Shown here: piece by piece, positions 52,050 through 61,573 of the stretch | How the letters are laid out: each line of letters begins with the position of its first letter | Position numbering within the stretch: position 1 is the first letter of the stretch | NCBI GenBank assembly: GCA_963724325.1 | Contig: CAVRUH010000005.1 | Coordinates: forward strand, 1 to 64,000 | Length of the DNA stretch: 64,000 nucleotides | Source: Waddliaceae bacterium | GTDB lineage: Bacteria > Chlamydiota > Chlamydiia > Chlamydiales > Waddliaceae | Direction of reading: 5' to 3' | The notes under the pieces: model-generated | Databases searched by the model: none | Told to the model about the DNA's origin: nothing | What the model saw: the letters and a program-made list of their open reading frames with translations, nothing else | Made by a program: the position numbers and the translations under genes

Positions 52050-53079
52050 TAAGCTTCCTCAACATTTCAAAACTGTAAATTCCTGTGGAACATCCGGTCG
52101 AAAACTTAAATTTTAATGCGTATTTTCCCACTTGAGTTATATTTTCAACTTCAACGTTTCCTTCTGCACTTCCCCTATCCACACATGACGCACAAGGGCA
52201 TTTCTTTTGTAAATCGCTGTAGAGATATTCACTATTTTTTCCATCAGCCCAAACAACACAGAGCGTTCTCGGATCCTTCTGAAATATTTTTTCAATGACA
52301 GGCACTTTTTCCATTTTTTCAACGCGATCGACAACAGCTCGTGCAAAATGATCAATCGCCTCATTGGTATCCTTTCCAAAATCATGCTTACCAATATCTG
52401 CAGAGGCACATAATTGAGGATCTATAGGTATCTGCCCCAACAATGGAACACAACTCTCTCTCGATAACTTGTCACCACCACCCTTGCCGAAAATATAAAC
52501 GAAATCCCCACTCTTTTCATGAAAATAATAACTCATATTTTCAACAACACCCAAAATACCAACCTGCACCTGACGAAACATGTCTATAGCCTTTCGAACA
52601 TCCATCATTGCAACTTCCTGTGGAGTCGTGACCATAATCGCTCCCGTCAAATTGGCCTGCTGTGCTATTGTGAGCTGGATATCTCCTGTTCCCGGTGGAA
52701 AATCAATCAACAGAAAATCAAGCCCGCCCCAATCAACTTGTTTAATAAACTGAGCAATAATTCCATTCGCAATCGGCGCCCTCACTACCGCTGCCTCATT
52801 TTCTTTTCGAAAATAAGCCATAGAAATCATTTTAATTCCCTGGCAAATTGCAGGCTTGATGATCTCGCCAATCTGCTCAGGCGGACTTTCTTCCGGCAGC
52901 ATTTTTCTTACAGAAGGTCCATATAAGTCGGTATCCATCAATCCAACTTTGTAACCCAATTTTTTTAATGATAGCGCTAGATTCACAGCTATCGATGACT
53001 TTCCGACCCCACCTTTTCCAGCGGCAATCGCTATAGTATATTTCACACTTTCTCGAGCTTGGAACTGTCTTAATGGCAT
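52042..53079 (-). CDS. mrp: Mrp/ApbC Fe-S carrier ATPase with C-terminal DUF971-like domain
   Basis: GKGGVGKS, DLYGPS, DFPPGTGDIQL, VTTPQ, GVVENMS; tail CPCASC..VGKYAL..TGIYSF. Confidence 0.9.
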   Translation of the reverse strand: MPLRQFQARESVKYTIAIAAGKGGVGKSSIAVNLALSLKKLGYKVGLMDTDLYGPSVRKMLPEESPPEQIGEIIKPAICQGIKMISMAYFRKENEAAVVRAPIANGIIAQFIKQVDWGGLDFLLIDFPPGTGDIQLTIAQQANLTGAIMVTTPQEVAMMDVRKAIDMFRQVQVGILGVVENMSYYFHEKSGDFVYIFGKGGGDKLSRESCVPLLGQIPIDPQLCASADIGKHDFGKDTNEAIDHFARAVVDRVEKMEKVPVIEKIFQKDPRTLCVVWADGKNSEYLYSDLQKKCPCASCVDRGSAEGNVEVENITQVGKYALKFKFSTGCSTGIYSFEMLRKLNV

Positions 53080-53280
53080 AGCAACCTTTTTAGTTTTTCA
53101 CGATTATAATAGTTGACGATTGGAATGAAATCAATGGTCGAATGATATCAACGATGAAAAAAAATAAAAAACATTTTGCGAAAAATTCGGAAACATGGTT
53201 TACTTATAAATGCATTTTCAAAACTATTAAGGTGGTGTCACCTTTGAATGTTTAAGTAACAACAATAAGGAAGGTTAACT

Positions 53281-53796
53281 ATGAATAATTCTCAAGGGAA
53301 ATTTAAAACAGATAGTCAGGAATTAGAGAATCTAATTACAAAAGCCGTAAAAAAAATCGGTGCAAAAAAAGAAAACGATATCTGTAGATATCTACCCGGC
53401 GGATCAGGCGGATACATCCACCATTTTACTATGCGTAAAATGAAAGGCGAAAATCCTGATAACCTCGCAAACATGATCAAAAAATTTATTTTGGATCCAA
53501 CAGATCCTAAGTCCGTACCCCCAAAATCAAGAGCTCCTCGTGGATCACGCAAACGCCGCGATCAATTCCTGTTCACAAAACAAGATATTGACCGTCTCCT
53601 CCACCTCGCACGCGCATCCGGCGATCGCGAAATGATCCGTAAATTGACCCCAAGAAAAGACCTCCGCACAGTAAAAAAAGAACTCCTTTCTTCCATCAGA
53701 AGAGGTCAAGTCGACCAAGAACTTTGGAATTGCTACGCAGAAGCCGTCGTTGCAGCAGCAAACGCTCCTCAGCAAGTCGAAGCAGTCGCAGCTTAA
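53281..53796 (+). CDS. ddbA: Chlamydiae-specific CT066/DdbA-like DNA-binding protein
   Basis: KENDICRYLPG..GGYIHHFT, RAPRGSRKRRD, ELWNCY; synteny with npt1 and the ytg operon. Confidence 0.8.
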   Translation: MNNSQGKFKTDSQELENLITKAVKKIGAKKENDICRYLPGGSGGYIHHFTMRKMKGENPDNLANMIKKFILDPTDPKSVPPKSRAPRGSRKRRDQFLFTKQDIDRLLHLARASGDREMIRKLTPRKDLRTVKKELLSSIRRGQVDQELWNCYAEAVVAAANAPQQVEAVAA

Positions 53797-53815
53797 TCTA
53801 GCTCCAATTTCGTAA

Positions 53816-53838
53816 GACACCTCCATTCGGGGGTGTCG
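53816..53838 (+). terminator. Stem-loop after ddbA
   Basis: gacacctcc-attcg-ggggtgtc; weak U-tract. Confidence 0.5.
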
Positions 53839-53981
53839 TAATCATATTAGATCAGTAAGTATTGACAATTAATATTGAAATTTGATAAATTGTTTCTATT
53901 AAGGTCGTTATTGGCGTTTTTTTATTGCTGAGCAACCGGCTAAAATTTTTGAAAATACAACAACTAAGGAAAAATAAACAT

Positions 53982-55526
53982 ATGAGTACAAAAGAAGCAA
54001 CAGCTCCGGAATTTACCGGCTGGAGAGCGGCATTGTGGCCGATTCATGGGTATGAATTAAAGAAATTTCTCCCCCTATCTCTAATTATGTTCTGTCTATT
54101 ATTCAACTACACAATCCTAAGGGATACAAAAGATACATTGGTTGTTAACTCAGCCGGCGCAGGCGCAATCACATTTCTTAAACTATACTGTGTGACCCCC
54201 GCAGCTATCTTATTCGTTCTAATTTATGCTAAACTCACTAACGTCCTTAAACGCGAAACCGTATTTTATGCCGTAGTAACTCCTTTCTTAGTGTTCTTTG
54301 GAGCATTCGCATTCTTTATTTATCCAAACCTCCATATGGTGCATCCATCACAGGAAACAGTTCAGGGACTTATTGCAAATTATCCCCGTTTGACCGGATT
54401 TATCGATCTCTACGCCTACTGGGCATTCTCACTGTTCTATGTTCTCTCCGAAATCTGGGGAAGCGCGATGATCGCCCTAATGTTCTGGCAATTTGCTAAC
54501 TACGTCGTTCGCATGAAAGAATCCAAAAGATTCTACGGACTCTTCGCTGTAGTAGGTAACCTTGCACTTATCCTTTCAGGACAAGTAGTCGGTTTCTCTT
54601 CCGGATTCATCCAACAATTCTACGCAACTAAAGAAGAAGCTTGGGGAGTTTCCCTCTACCTATTAATGGGCGCTGTAGTACTATTTGGTGTTATTTCAAT
54701 GGGTCTCTACCGCTGGATGCATACTAACGTTCTAACAGACAAGAGATTCTTTGATCCTGAAGAACAAACCGGCAAAGTAAAGAAGAAGAAAGAAAAACTA
54801 ACTCTTCTCGAAAGCGCCAAAATGATCATGACTTCAAAAGAACTCGGTCTCATCGCTATGTTAATCATGGCCTATGGCGTAACAATCAACCTGATCGAAG
54901 TACAATGGAAACACCAACTCGGTCTCTGGTATGCAGGCGATAAGGGCGGATACAACTGGTTTATGGGACAATTCTCAACATTAACCGGTATCACAACTAT
55001 CTTATTCGGATTATTTGCAGGTTCTAACATCTTACGTCGCGTAAGCTGGTACAAAGCTGCTATTATTACACCACTTGTTATCGCAGTCGGCGGAGCCATC
55101 TTCTACGGCTTCATCTTCTCCGAAACATTTGTTAATTTCATCTTAAATAACGTAGCTTCCGTAAGCGCAGTTACTGCCGCAACCATGCTCGGTGCTATCA
55201 TCGTTATCATGAGCAAAGCAATTAAGTACATCTTGTTTGATTCTACAAAAGAGATGGCCTACATTCCTTTGGATGACGAATTGAAGACAAAAGGTAAAGC
55301 AGCTGTTGACGTTATCGGCGGAAGAGCAGGAAAAGCCGGTGGTGCCTTTACACAAAGCACACTTCTCATCCTGTTCGCCACGAAAGATGTGGTCACGATT
55401 GCTCCACAAGCCTTCGTTATCTTTGCTGTAGTATCGTTTGGATGGCTCTTTGCCGTTAAAGCGCTTTCACGTAAAGTAGACGAAGCTGTAAAACGTACAC
55501 AATCTGCAGCTCCAGTAACTGCCTAA
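53982..55526 (+). CDS. npt1: ADP/ATP translocase (NTT/TLC family)
   Basis: ELKKFLP, LRDTKDTLVV, SEIWGS, FWQFAN, KEMAYIPLD, KGKAAVDVIG. Confidence 0.92.
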   Translation: MSTKEATAPEFTGWRAALWPIHGYELKKFLPLSLIMFCLLFNYTILRDTKDTLVVNSAGAGAITFLKLYCVTPAAILFVLIYAKLTNVLKRETVFYAVVTPFLVFFGAFAFFIYPNLHMVHPSQETVQGLIANYPRLTGFIDLYAYWAFSLFYVLSEIWGSAMIALMFWQFANYVVRMKESKRFYGLFAVVGNLALILSGQVVGFSSGFIQQFYATKEEAWGVSLYLLMGAVVLFGVISMGLYRWMHTNVLTDKRFFDPEEQTGKVKKKKEKLTLLESAKMIMTSKELGLIAMLIMAYGVTINLIEVQWKHQLGLWYAGDKGGYNWFMGQFSTLTGITTILFGLFAGSNILRRVSWYKAAIITPLVIAVGGAIFYGFIFSETFVNFILNNVASVSAVTAATMLGAIIVIMSKAIKYILFDSTKEMAYIPLDDELKTKGKAAVDVIGGRAGKAGGAFTQSTLLILFATKDVVTIAPQAFVIFAVVSFGWLFAVKALSRKVDEAVKRTQSAAPVTA

Positions 55527-55549
55527 TTTTTGTAAAAATTAGCAGTGAA

Positions 55550-55588
55550 AAAACGCAAGAGCGACAAACTCTTGCGTTTTCTTCTTTT
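55550..55588 (+). terminator. Intrinsic terminator after npt1
   Basis: aaaacgcaagag-cgacaaa-ctcttgcgtttt followed by cttctttt. Confidence 0.75.
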
Positions 55589-55647
55589 AAGTTTCGGTGA
55601 AATCTGGTATTCTCCAATACAAAAAAATTCAATAAGGGTGACCCAAT

Positions 55648-58600
55648 ATGGAAAAGCAAAAACGATGGCAGTTTTATTTGATTCTAGCAGTGGTTGTTTT
55701 GACACTGATCAATATACTTCCTACAATATTTTACTACACCAAACCTCTGAAGCATCCCATTGATGAAAAAAGAGCCGAAAATGTCGCTCAAGGTATCATC
55801 GAAAGGGTTAATCAACTCGAAGGAGATTCTAAAGAATGGATTTATTCCTTCTGCAACCTTCTAGGAACGCATCCGAAGTCGGTAGAGCTTAAAAAAGAGG
55901 ATCCAGGAATATTCGTGGTGACATTTGGCAATGCCAAAGATGCCGAACTATTTAAGAGATTTCTCCCTAAAGCCGGTATGCTGATCCCATTTATTCCATC
56001 TCAACTAGAATTGTATCCTGGAGAAAGCGCTGAACCAGAACAAGTACTCATCGCCAGACAAATTAATGCTCATCTCGACCCTAGCCAAACCAACCAGCAG
56101 TTCAGCTTCTTTTCCAAAATGGAGAATGGAAAAATTTCACCCAAGTATCGTGAATTTATTTACGACAGAGCATCTGAAGTCATCCTAGGCCTCACCGGAC
56201 AAAGTCAGCAAGGCGCCGAACTATTGATGATTTCTAAGAATCCTAATAAAGAAACAGTGTTGACCCTTGCTCGTGAAATCAAAGATGTCACAACAGCATT
56301 TGGCGAAATCAGCCCGATTACCAAAAGATACTTTTCAAGCTTTAGTAGAGTCAGCGGTGCCTCTGCTGAAGAGCTAATACAGAAGTTTCAAAGTGGTATT
56401 GACAAAGTTAAAGCAGATCTCGAAAAAGAGAAAAACACAGCTACATCAGATCAAAGAATATCACTCATTGATTCCGAAATCAAAACGTTGGATCAAGTTT
56501 CCGCTATTGTCAAAAGGAATACTTCTGATTTCAAAGTTGGTGGAAAACCTTTAACAGAAAAAGAAATTCAAACTGCTTTGAAAAATGCAGAGAAATCGGA
56601 AAAGGATAATATCCAAACAGTAAGTCTGATGGGCCGCAATCCTTATATTGAGTCATTAGAGATCAATTGGGGCAATGACACCATCACAGTTAAGTTTTAT
56701 AATGATGTAGAAAAAGTCCGAGCAGGTGAAGGTAAACGAGAAATTGATGTCATATCACGTGATAAAATGAACAATTTTATCATTAATGAACTCGCTCGTG
56801 TTTCTAGAGAATCTAATGAAACCTTTGCACCTGAAGGAACGCAATTTGCTATAGCATTAAACCATTTGACCAACGCACAAAGCTTCCTTAACTTCAACCT
56901 TCCTTTCCTTGCCGAGAAACTCAGCGGTCAAGTTAAGGAATTAATTCTTTCTTCATGGTTGCCAAACCATCAAGATCTATCAGGAAATAATTATCCAGTC
57001 ATCGATTACAACACATACAAGACATTGGGTGCCCAAGAGAAAAAATTAGGACTAGTGGTATACGCCCCCGTAACAGCTAAGTCTGATACACCAGAAGGAT
57101 TCCGCAACACCTCATTGTATGTAATCGCCAAAGGGATGAATACTCTTGTTCAAAAGTACCAGGCAAATCCCGATTCTCCAGAAAATCAAAAATTGAAAAA
57201 CGAAATCGGTCGATTGGTGCAAATTATGCAACAAAGAGGCTTTATCGTCTATCCAGGTTCTTCCCTAGGTATCGCCCCTGAATTCAGCAATGACTTTATC
57301 TTTGAATTGAACGACTACTATGCAAATCTATTGGCTGCCACACGCGAAGATTTCTATGTAAAAGGAAGCAAGCGCAATGCAACCCTCGATTTCACAGATG
57401 TCGAACAAAGAATAACCGCACTCAATAACATTGATGACAAAATTCAAGAGGATCTTGTTAAATCGAGAGACGAATATAGCTCAGCCCAAGTCGATATGAG
57501 TGTCACCCGTCGCTATGAAGTGCCTGCCCCGATTAGAAATGTCTACCTAGCAAATATGAAGTTGAGCTTCGTTAAGTACTTCCGTGGCGATGACCGCAAA
57601 ATCCTCAGATGGGGTCTCGACCTCTCCGGAGGAAAAACGGTCCGCGTTGGACTAAAAGACCAAAATAATAAAGTCGTCACAAATCCCGATGACCTCAAAC
57701 AAGCTGTAAATGAACTGTATACCCGTATTAATAAAATGGGAGTATCAGAAAGAACCATCAGAATTGAGAATAATAACATCATTCTCGATTTTCCAGGTTC
57801 TCAGTCCCTTTCAGCTTCTGAATTGATTAAATCCTCAGCGATGTATTTCCATATTGTGAATGAAAAATATTCACTCAGAAATAATGAGCTCAGAGAAACC
57901 GTCAACCAATTCCTCCAAAACGTCTGGAATGAAGCGGTAGTCACCAATAGAAAAGATGCCCAAAGCATCAATCTTATCGCATGGCAACACCTCGGTGGTG
58001 ATGAAGGGGCAACTCCAAGAAGCGAAGCGGCAAAAGCTCTCTTTGACCACGGTCTGAGGCTTGCTGGACCAGATCAAGTTTCAAGAAGCACCTCATTCAA
58101 TGACACTCTATCAGCCATTGGCGTCATGAGAGGACAAGAATTTACAGAATGGAATGGTCAAACCCACCCATTAATGGTAATCTTCCACAACTACGCCCTC
58201 GAAGGCGCTAGCCTCACAAATATTTACGTAGGCTTTGATGTATCCCAAGGAAATTCTCTTTCCTTCTCTGTAAAAAGCTCACACGGCAACACCAGAAAGG
58301 GAAACCCCCAAGAGGAATTCTTCGCATGGACATCACAATTTGCTGAAGATCGTATTGCAGGCACCCCAAAAGAAGCATATTCACAAGGGACAGGTTGGAG
58401 AATGGCTGTTGTCTTAAATGACACAATTATTACCTCGCCAGCCCTCCGTTCAGCCCTCCGTGAAGGTGGTACAATTAGTGGTCACTTCACTCAACGTGAG
58501 ATCAACCAACTCGCCGCCGACCTCAAAGCTGGATCATTGAGCTTTACACCGCAAATCCTCTCTGAACAAAACGTCAGTGCTGAATTGGGAACCGAAGAAC

Positions 58601-60123
58601 GTGCCAGAGGCATCGCCGCTTCCATAATGGGAATGGTCCTCGTGGCAACAGTCATGATTGGCTATTACCGTTTTGCAGGTGTCGTTGCAACATGCGCCGT
58701 TCTCTTCAACTTGCTAATTATGTGGGGAGTCCTCCAGAATCTTGGCGCAGCTTTGACCCTGCCCGGAATCGCAGGTATCGTTCTGACGATCGGTATGGCC
58801 GTTGATGCCAACGTTCTGGTCTACGAACGCATAAGGGAAGAATTCAAAATCTCAGGAAGAATTGCCTCAGCAATTCAAGCCGGCTATAGAAAGGCCTTCA
58901 GTGCTATTTTTGATTCTAACATCACAACGATCATTGCCGCCCTGATTCTGATTCAATTTGACTCAGGACCAATTAAAGGCTTCGCAACAACATTGATCAT
59001 CGGTCTTGTTTCATCGATGTTCTCAGCCCTATTCCTAACACGTTACTTCTTTGCTGGATGGGTCCAAGATCCTAAACACAAAGAATTGAAGATGGCAAGT
59101 TTGATCGGTGAAACGAACTATGACTTCCTAGGAAAAGCTAAGATTGCCTTTTCAATTACATTGGCATTCATAGTAATCGGAAGCTTCTTCTTCATCAAAG
59201 AACGCAATACGATGCTGGGTATGGACTTTACAGGCGGTTATTCGTTAACTGTTGAGCTCAAAGATAAAGGAAATGATTTCCACTATCGCACAGTAGCTGC
59301 AGATGCTCTTTTAGCTCATGGAGCTACTGCCAATGATTTTGAAATCAGACAGTTGAGCAAACCCAACCAACTGCGTATTCAGTTAGGTCTGGGCATGGAA
59401 GAGGCTGGACACCCCTTCTACAACATGGCCAAACTTTCTGAAGAAGGACAATATGCTTATAAGTATCAACAGAACCCACGTATCAATTGGCTTGTGTCAT
59501 CATTGGCTGAGGGCGGACTGCAGATTAAAGATTCAGAATTGTCAAGCCTCGATACAGACTGGTCAGTGATGAGCGGTCAATTCTCAGAAACCATGCGACA
59601 CAACGCCATCTGGGCACTGTCATTGGCACTACTTTGCATCCTGATCTATATTTCGATACGCTTTGAGTTCAAATATGCCGTAGGTGGTGTATTGGCCCTA
59701 GTCCATGACGTGGTAATTACCGTAGGGCTATACTCAATGCTAGGTTGGATGGGAGTTCCCGTTCAAATTGATTTGACAGTGGTTGCAGCGATCATGACGA
59801 TTCTTGGATATTCTTTGAATAATACGATTGTTATTTTTGATAGAATTCGTGAGGACATGAAATTGTATCGCAAACTTTCGTTCCAAGATATCATCAATCA
59901 CTCAATCAATATTACATTGAGCCGAACGATCTTGACCTCATCGACGACGTTAGTGGCGATTCTGCCGTTTGTAATATTTGGCGGGACATCGATTTTCGAT
60001 TTCTCCTTGATTATGGCGATAGGTATCGTGGTGGGTATATTCTCTTCCCTCTTTATAGCGGGTCCCATCATGTACTACTTCCACAAGCGTGAGGAAAACG
60101 GCACCGCTCATGCCCATGTTTAG
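55648..60123 (+). CDS. secDF: Fused SecDF with long chlamydial N-terminal extension
   Basis: WGLDLSGG, LTLPGIAGIVLTIGMAVDANVL, GMDFTGG, GYSLNNTIVIFDRIRE. Confidence 0.96.
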   Translation: MEKQKRWQFYLILAVVVLTLINILPTIFYYTKPLKHPIDEKRAENVAQGIIERVNQLEGDSKEWIYSFCNLLGTHPKSVELKKEDPGIFVVTFGNAKDAELFKRFLPKAGMLIPFIPSQLELYPGESAEPEQVLIARQINAHLDPSQTNQQFSFFSKMENGKISPKYREFIYDRASEVILGLTGQSQQGAELLMISKNPNKETVLTLAREIKDVTTAFGEISPITKRYFSSFSRVSGASAEELIQKFQSGIDKVKADLEKEKNTATSDQRISLIDSEIKTLDQVSAIVKRNTSDFKVGGKPLTEKEIQTALKNAEKSEKDNIQTVSLMGRNPYIESLEINWGNDTITVKFYNDVEKVRAGEGKREIDVISRDKMNNFIINELARVSRESNETFAPEGTQFAIALNHLTNAQSFLNFNLPFLAEKLSGQVKELILSSWLPNHQDLSGNNYPVIDYNTYKTLGAQEKKLGLVVYAPVTAKSDTPEGFRNTSLYVIAKGMNTLVQKYQANPDSPENQKLKNEIGRLVQIMQQRGFIVYPGSSLGIAPEFSNDFIFELNDYYANLLAATREDFYVKGSKRNATLDFTDVEQRITALNNIDDKIQEDLVKSRDEYSSAQVDMSVTRRYEVPAPIRNVYLANMKLSFVKYFRGDDRKILRWGLDLSGGKTVRVGLKDQNNKVVTNPDDLKQAVNELYTRINKMGVSERTIRIENNNIILDFPGSQSLSASELIKSSAMYFHIVNEKYSLRNNELRETVNQFLQNVWNEAVVTNRKDAQSINLIAWQHLGGDEGATPRSEAAKALFDHGLRLAGPDQVSRSTSFNDTLSAIGVMRGQEFTEWNGQTHPLMVIFHNYALEGASLTNIYVGFDVSQGNSLSFSVKSSHGNTRKGNPQEEFFAWTSQFAEDRIAGTPKEAYSQGTGWRMAVVLNDTIITSPALRSALREGGTISGHFTQREINQLAADLKAGSLSFTPQILSEQNVSAELGTEERARGIAASIMGMVLVATVMIGYYRFAGVVATCAVLFNLLIMWGVLQNLGAALTLPGIAGIVLTIGMAVDANVLVYERIREEFKISGRIASAIQAGYRKAFSAIFDSNITTIIAALILIQFDSGPIKGFATTLIIGLVSSMFSALFLTRYFFAGWVQDPKHKELKMASLIGETNYDFLGKAKIAFSITLAFIVIGSFFFIKERNTMLGMDFTGGYSLTVELKDKGNDFHYRTVAADALLAHGATANDFEIRQLSKPNQLRIQLGLGMEEAGHPFYNMAKLSEEGQYAYKYQQNPRINWLVSSLAEGGLQIKDSELSSLDTDWSVMSGQFSETMRHNAIWALSLALLCILIYISIRFEFKYAVGGVLALVHDVVITVGLYSMLGWMGVPVQIDLTVVAAIMTILGYSLNNTIVIFDRIREDMKLYRKLSFQDIINHSINITLSRTILTSSTTLVAILPFVIFGGTSIFDFSLIMAIGIVVGIFSSLFIAGPIMYYFHKREENGTAHAHV

Positions 60124-60127
60124 CCCT

Positions 60128-60168
60128 AAAAGGACCTAAAAACACATTTAGGTCCTTTACTTTCTTTT
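60128..60168 (+). terminator. Intrinsic terminator after secDF
   Basis: aaaggacctaaa-aacaca-tttaggtccttt followed by T-rich tract. Confidence 0.7.
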
Positions 60169-60186
60169 CGGGATAGGTCGATTATG

Positions 60187-60256
60187 CATATGCATCAACT
60201 AAAAATTTTTTAACGCTGAGTTCACAAGTAAAAAATATTTTAGGTTGATGCGTATG
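60187..60256. repeat. 70-bp IR-bounded element, family 3
   Basis: catatgcatcaactaaaaattttt ... aaaaatattttaggttgatgcgtatg. Confidence 0.7.
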
Positions 60257-60262
60257 GGTCAA

Positions 60263-60778
60263 TTAGGTATTGATTAATGGTAATTCTTTGAGATCGTTGA
60301 GGCCAAAGTGTTTCATGAAGTCCTTCGTGACACCAAAGAGAGTGGGTCTGCCAGCGACTTCTAGCTTGCCTGCAGATTCAATTAACTGCCTCTCAAGCAA
60401 AGTATAGACTATTCCTGAAGAATCTACGCCGCGTACCTCATCAATCTGTGCACGTGTAATAGGCTGCTTGTACGCTATAATTGCAAGCACCTCTAGCGCC
60501 GCATGCGACAACCGGTCTTTCCTGCTCCCATTATGCAATATCTGAATGTAAGGACTATATTCTTCACAAGTACGCAAAATATATCCTTTTCCAATCTCAT
60601 CCAAACGGAAAGCCCTATTTTGCTCGATATATTCCTGACTTAGCTCCTGAATGATATCCAAAAGCTCATCATTGCTTATAGGTTGGATCGATTCAATGAT
60701 CTCCTTAATTTTTCTGAGAGGAATTGGATCGCTGCTTGTGAATAAAAGTGCCTCAATAGTCTGTTTGATTTGTATCAT
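60263..60778 (-). CDS. scpB: Segregation/condensation protein B
   Basis: IEALLF, LSHAALEVLAIIAYKQPITRAQID, GRPTLFGVT. Confidence 0.96.
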   Translation of the reverse strand: MIQIKQTIEALLFTSSDPIPLRKIKEIIESIQPISNDELLDIIQELSQEYIEQNRAFRLDEIGKGYILRTCEEYSPYIQILHNGSRKDRLSHAALEVLAIIAYKQPITRAQIDEVRGVDSSGIVYTLLERQLIESAGKLEVAGRPTLFGVTKDFMKHFGLNDLKELPLINT

Positions 60779-60782
60779 GATT

Positions 60783-61499
60783 TTAACCTTGTGATATGAT
60801 TACGACTTCACCCGTCTCATTATTTTTTACTACCGCTCCTTCACCCAATTTCATCAATTCCAAAACCGCCAAAAAGGTGACAATGAGCTCACTTCTTTGC
60901 TTTTCAGGTGTAAACAATTCCTTAAAGAATATTTTCTCCTGCTTCTGGAATAGGTTGCGAATGTATTTTAACTTATCGCTCACCTTCCAAGCGTCCTCTT
61001 GAATCATCCCTCTTTCCGCTGGGGCTCTATTTAATACATCCTTGAATAGTTCAGCAATGTCCTCAAGAGAGAGATGTTCAATGCCCAAATTCTTCTTTAC
61101 TTCAGGAAGTTCTCCAATGGATCGCAAGTGAAAACTACTTTGCTGGCGCTCTAATTCTCCAAGGTCTCTTGCAACCTCCTTAAACTTGCAATAAGCAAGC
61201 AACTGGTGAATAATTTCAAAGCTTGGGTCCAATTCCTCTTCTTCACCTGTAGTCTGCTCGTGCTTCGGAAGCAGCATCTTACTCTTCATCCACAAAAGAA
61301 AAGCAGCCGTCCCAATAAAGTCAGCCCCGTTTTCTACCGATGGGAGAAGTTCCTTTAATTTGACCAAGTACTGCCCAGTGATTTTTTGTATGGGTACATC
61401 ATAGATGTCTATTTCATCCTTTTGGATCAAATGCAGCAAAAATCCTAAGGGACCAGAAAAATTTTCGAGAGCAAAGTTGTCTTGTTCTAATGTATTCAT
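60783..61499 (-). CDS. scpA: Segregation/condensation protein A
   Basis: FSGPLGFLLHLI, KSKMLLP, IVTFLAVLELMK. Confidence 0.95.
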   Translation of the reverse strand: MNTLEQDNFALENFSGPLGFLLHLIQKDEIDIYDVPIQKITGQYLVKLKELLPSVENGADFIGTAAFLLWMKSKMLLPKHEQTTGEEEELDPSFEIIHQLLAYCKFKEVARDLGELERQQSSFHLRSIGELPEVKKNLGIEHLSLEDIAELFKDVLNRAPAERGMIQEDAWKVSDKLKYIRNLFQKQEKIFFKELFTPEKQRSELIVTFLAVLELMKLGEGAVVKNNETGEVVIISQG

Positions 61500-61573
61500 A
61501 CTAAAAAAATACTATATTTCTCATTTACTGATATAGCAAAAAGTGTTAAACAGCTGATTAGAGGGAATAACAT

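Noticed and set aside
55648..57600. Novel fusion at the SecDF N-terminus
   Set aside because: A very long fused SecDF is normal for Chlamydiae
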